Shown here piece by piece: positions 62,657 to 64,000 of a DNA stretch of 64,000 nucleotides (the first letter of the stretch is position 1; every line of letters starts with the position of its first letter). The notes under the pieces are model-generated. The model did not search any database and was not told where the DNA came from. It was given only the letters and a program-made list of their open reading frames with translations. A program made the position numbers and the translations under genes. Location of the stretch: NCBI GenBank assembly GCA_045837725.1, contig JBEWZL010000166.1, positions 62,001 to 126,000 on the forward strand, written 5' to 3'. This stretch comes from Vermamoeba vermiformis (taxonomy: Eukaryota).

Positions 62657-64000
62657 ATGGATTATTATCCCTTTTTTGAACGATCAAAAATCGTATCTGC
62701 GTTTTGGTTAGCACAAAAGGTTTAAAATAATCGGCAAAACCTTGTTAGATATTAATTATATATTAACATAAGAAATTCAGAATTTATTCGCGTGTCTCAA
62801 CAGTTCTCCAAATCTATCGGATTGGATTTGAAGAGACAAACCAATTTGGAAGCAATTAGACGGTACGAACCTTTCCAATTTCACGTCATTAGAGATATAC
62901 CCGACTGGGATATTACACCTGGTGTGCGTGTCAGCGATGCTCATCTGTTACAAAAAATCCAAGATCAAAATAACATGGCTATTCAAATGCCGTACAACGT
63001 ACCATCGTTCTTATCAGAATTAACATTAATTTGCCAACTAACGTACCTTGAATGACATCATGCAACGCTTTAACACAACCAAGCGGTAAGCATTTTTCAG
63101 TGTGGCCCTAATTTAGCGGTTAATATTTTAGAGAAATGAGAATTATTTATTTTATTATAGCATTAATTAAAAGGATTATTTATTGCCAATTATTTTAAGC
63201 ATTATGGAGGTGATTCAGGCCTCCAGAGCAGGTTGTATCGAATTAAAATCAACAATGATTACAAAATTCAAGAGAACAACACCATGCGCTAGTAGTAGTG
63301 TATGCCTTATTCGTTCTTTGTTCTCTGGCCGTGTCAATGCGATGCGCTCAAGATGTAGAATAGCAATAGAACCAAACGCGGCGCAATGTTCCATCCAAGA
63401 AGTAATAATAATAATTAAAACATTATAATCGATGATTGCTGCCTGTCAGAGATGACACTTTCGACCCAATAACAGGACCGTTAAATGGTCCGTGAAATAA
63501 TTACACTGTTATCGTCCATTAGAAAGATAAGCCTATTTTTTGGCAAACTGCTCGAGATCTTCAGCGTCAAGGTGCCCTTGGCATTATTTCCGAGACTGGG
63601 AGTCGTAAGTTCAGTATTAAATATTCAATATTTGCTTTAAATAACGCTATATTTAACAGGCGTGGCTGGCCGAGGCTTTTGTACATACAACAAAGAAGAC
63701 TACCTTGAAGAAATTTCAATTCCATTCGTCTCTGTCGCGCGTTATGGCTGGGAAGATGTCATAGAACTACTTACTAAAGGAGAGATCATTAACGTGACGT
63801 TATCTTGGATGTGAGGAGGTCTAAAAATTCATATAACTAAAATTGTTCCTGATTAGGAAATTAGACAATATAACTCACCAGATTTACTGCCTGTTCCAGC
63901 ATATATTAGCGCAGCGGAAGTTTACGATTGTTGTACTCGGATTTTTCATTCGCATTCAAGGCAGTCAATTTAATATTCCTCAAGTATGCCTCGGATTAGA
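62657..64000 (+). pseudogene. Possible decayed multi-exon gene running off the window end
   Basis: Exon-like blocks (ORF 62792-63055 and later) with GT/AG ends but in-frame stops; no recognisable domain. Confidence 0.25.

Overview
Gene-dense, AT-rich, intron-rich eukaryotic DNA with short GT-AG introns, most consistent with a free-living protist. An amoebozoan origin is my inference from gene content and cannot be proven here. About 25 protein-coding genes can be spliced by eye: LCAT/PLA2G15-like lipase, four F-box proteins (three LRR, one ankyrin), a mitochondrion-targeted HSP20, a DAG kinase, a Qb-SNARE, a secreted beta-helix protein, an LRR membrane protein, RPL26, EMC10, a Sin3-like corepressor, a UHRF1-like protein with a tRNA-Pro in one intron, an atypical kinase, XRCC3, THOC1, MgtE, an ACOT11/12-like thioesterase and a duplicated pair of GPI-anchored surface proteins with one-exon-per-repeat ETDVDCGG modules. 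Notable signals: a U12-type intron in Sin3; a near-complete type III hammerhead ribozyme fold at 44.14-44.21 kb; strong window-wide RGATCY enrichment together with local CpG-depleted tracts, suggesting a 6mA/5mC sequence imprint; several bacterial-looking secreted proteins; a short palindromic repeat family; and several pseudogenised genes. Exon boundaries were read manually and family calls rest on motif recognition, not database searches.
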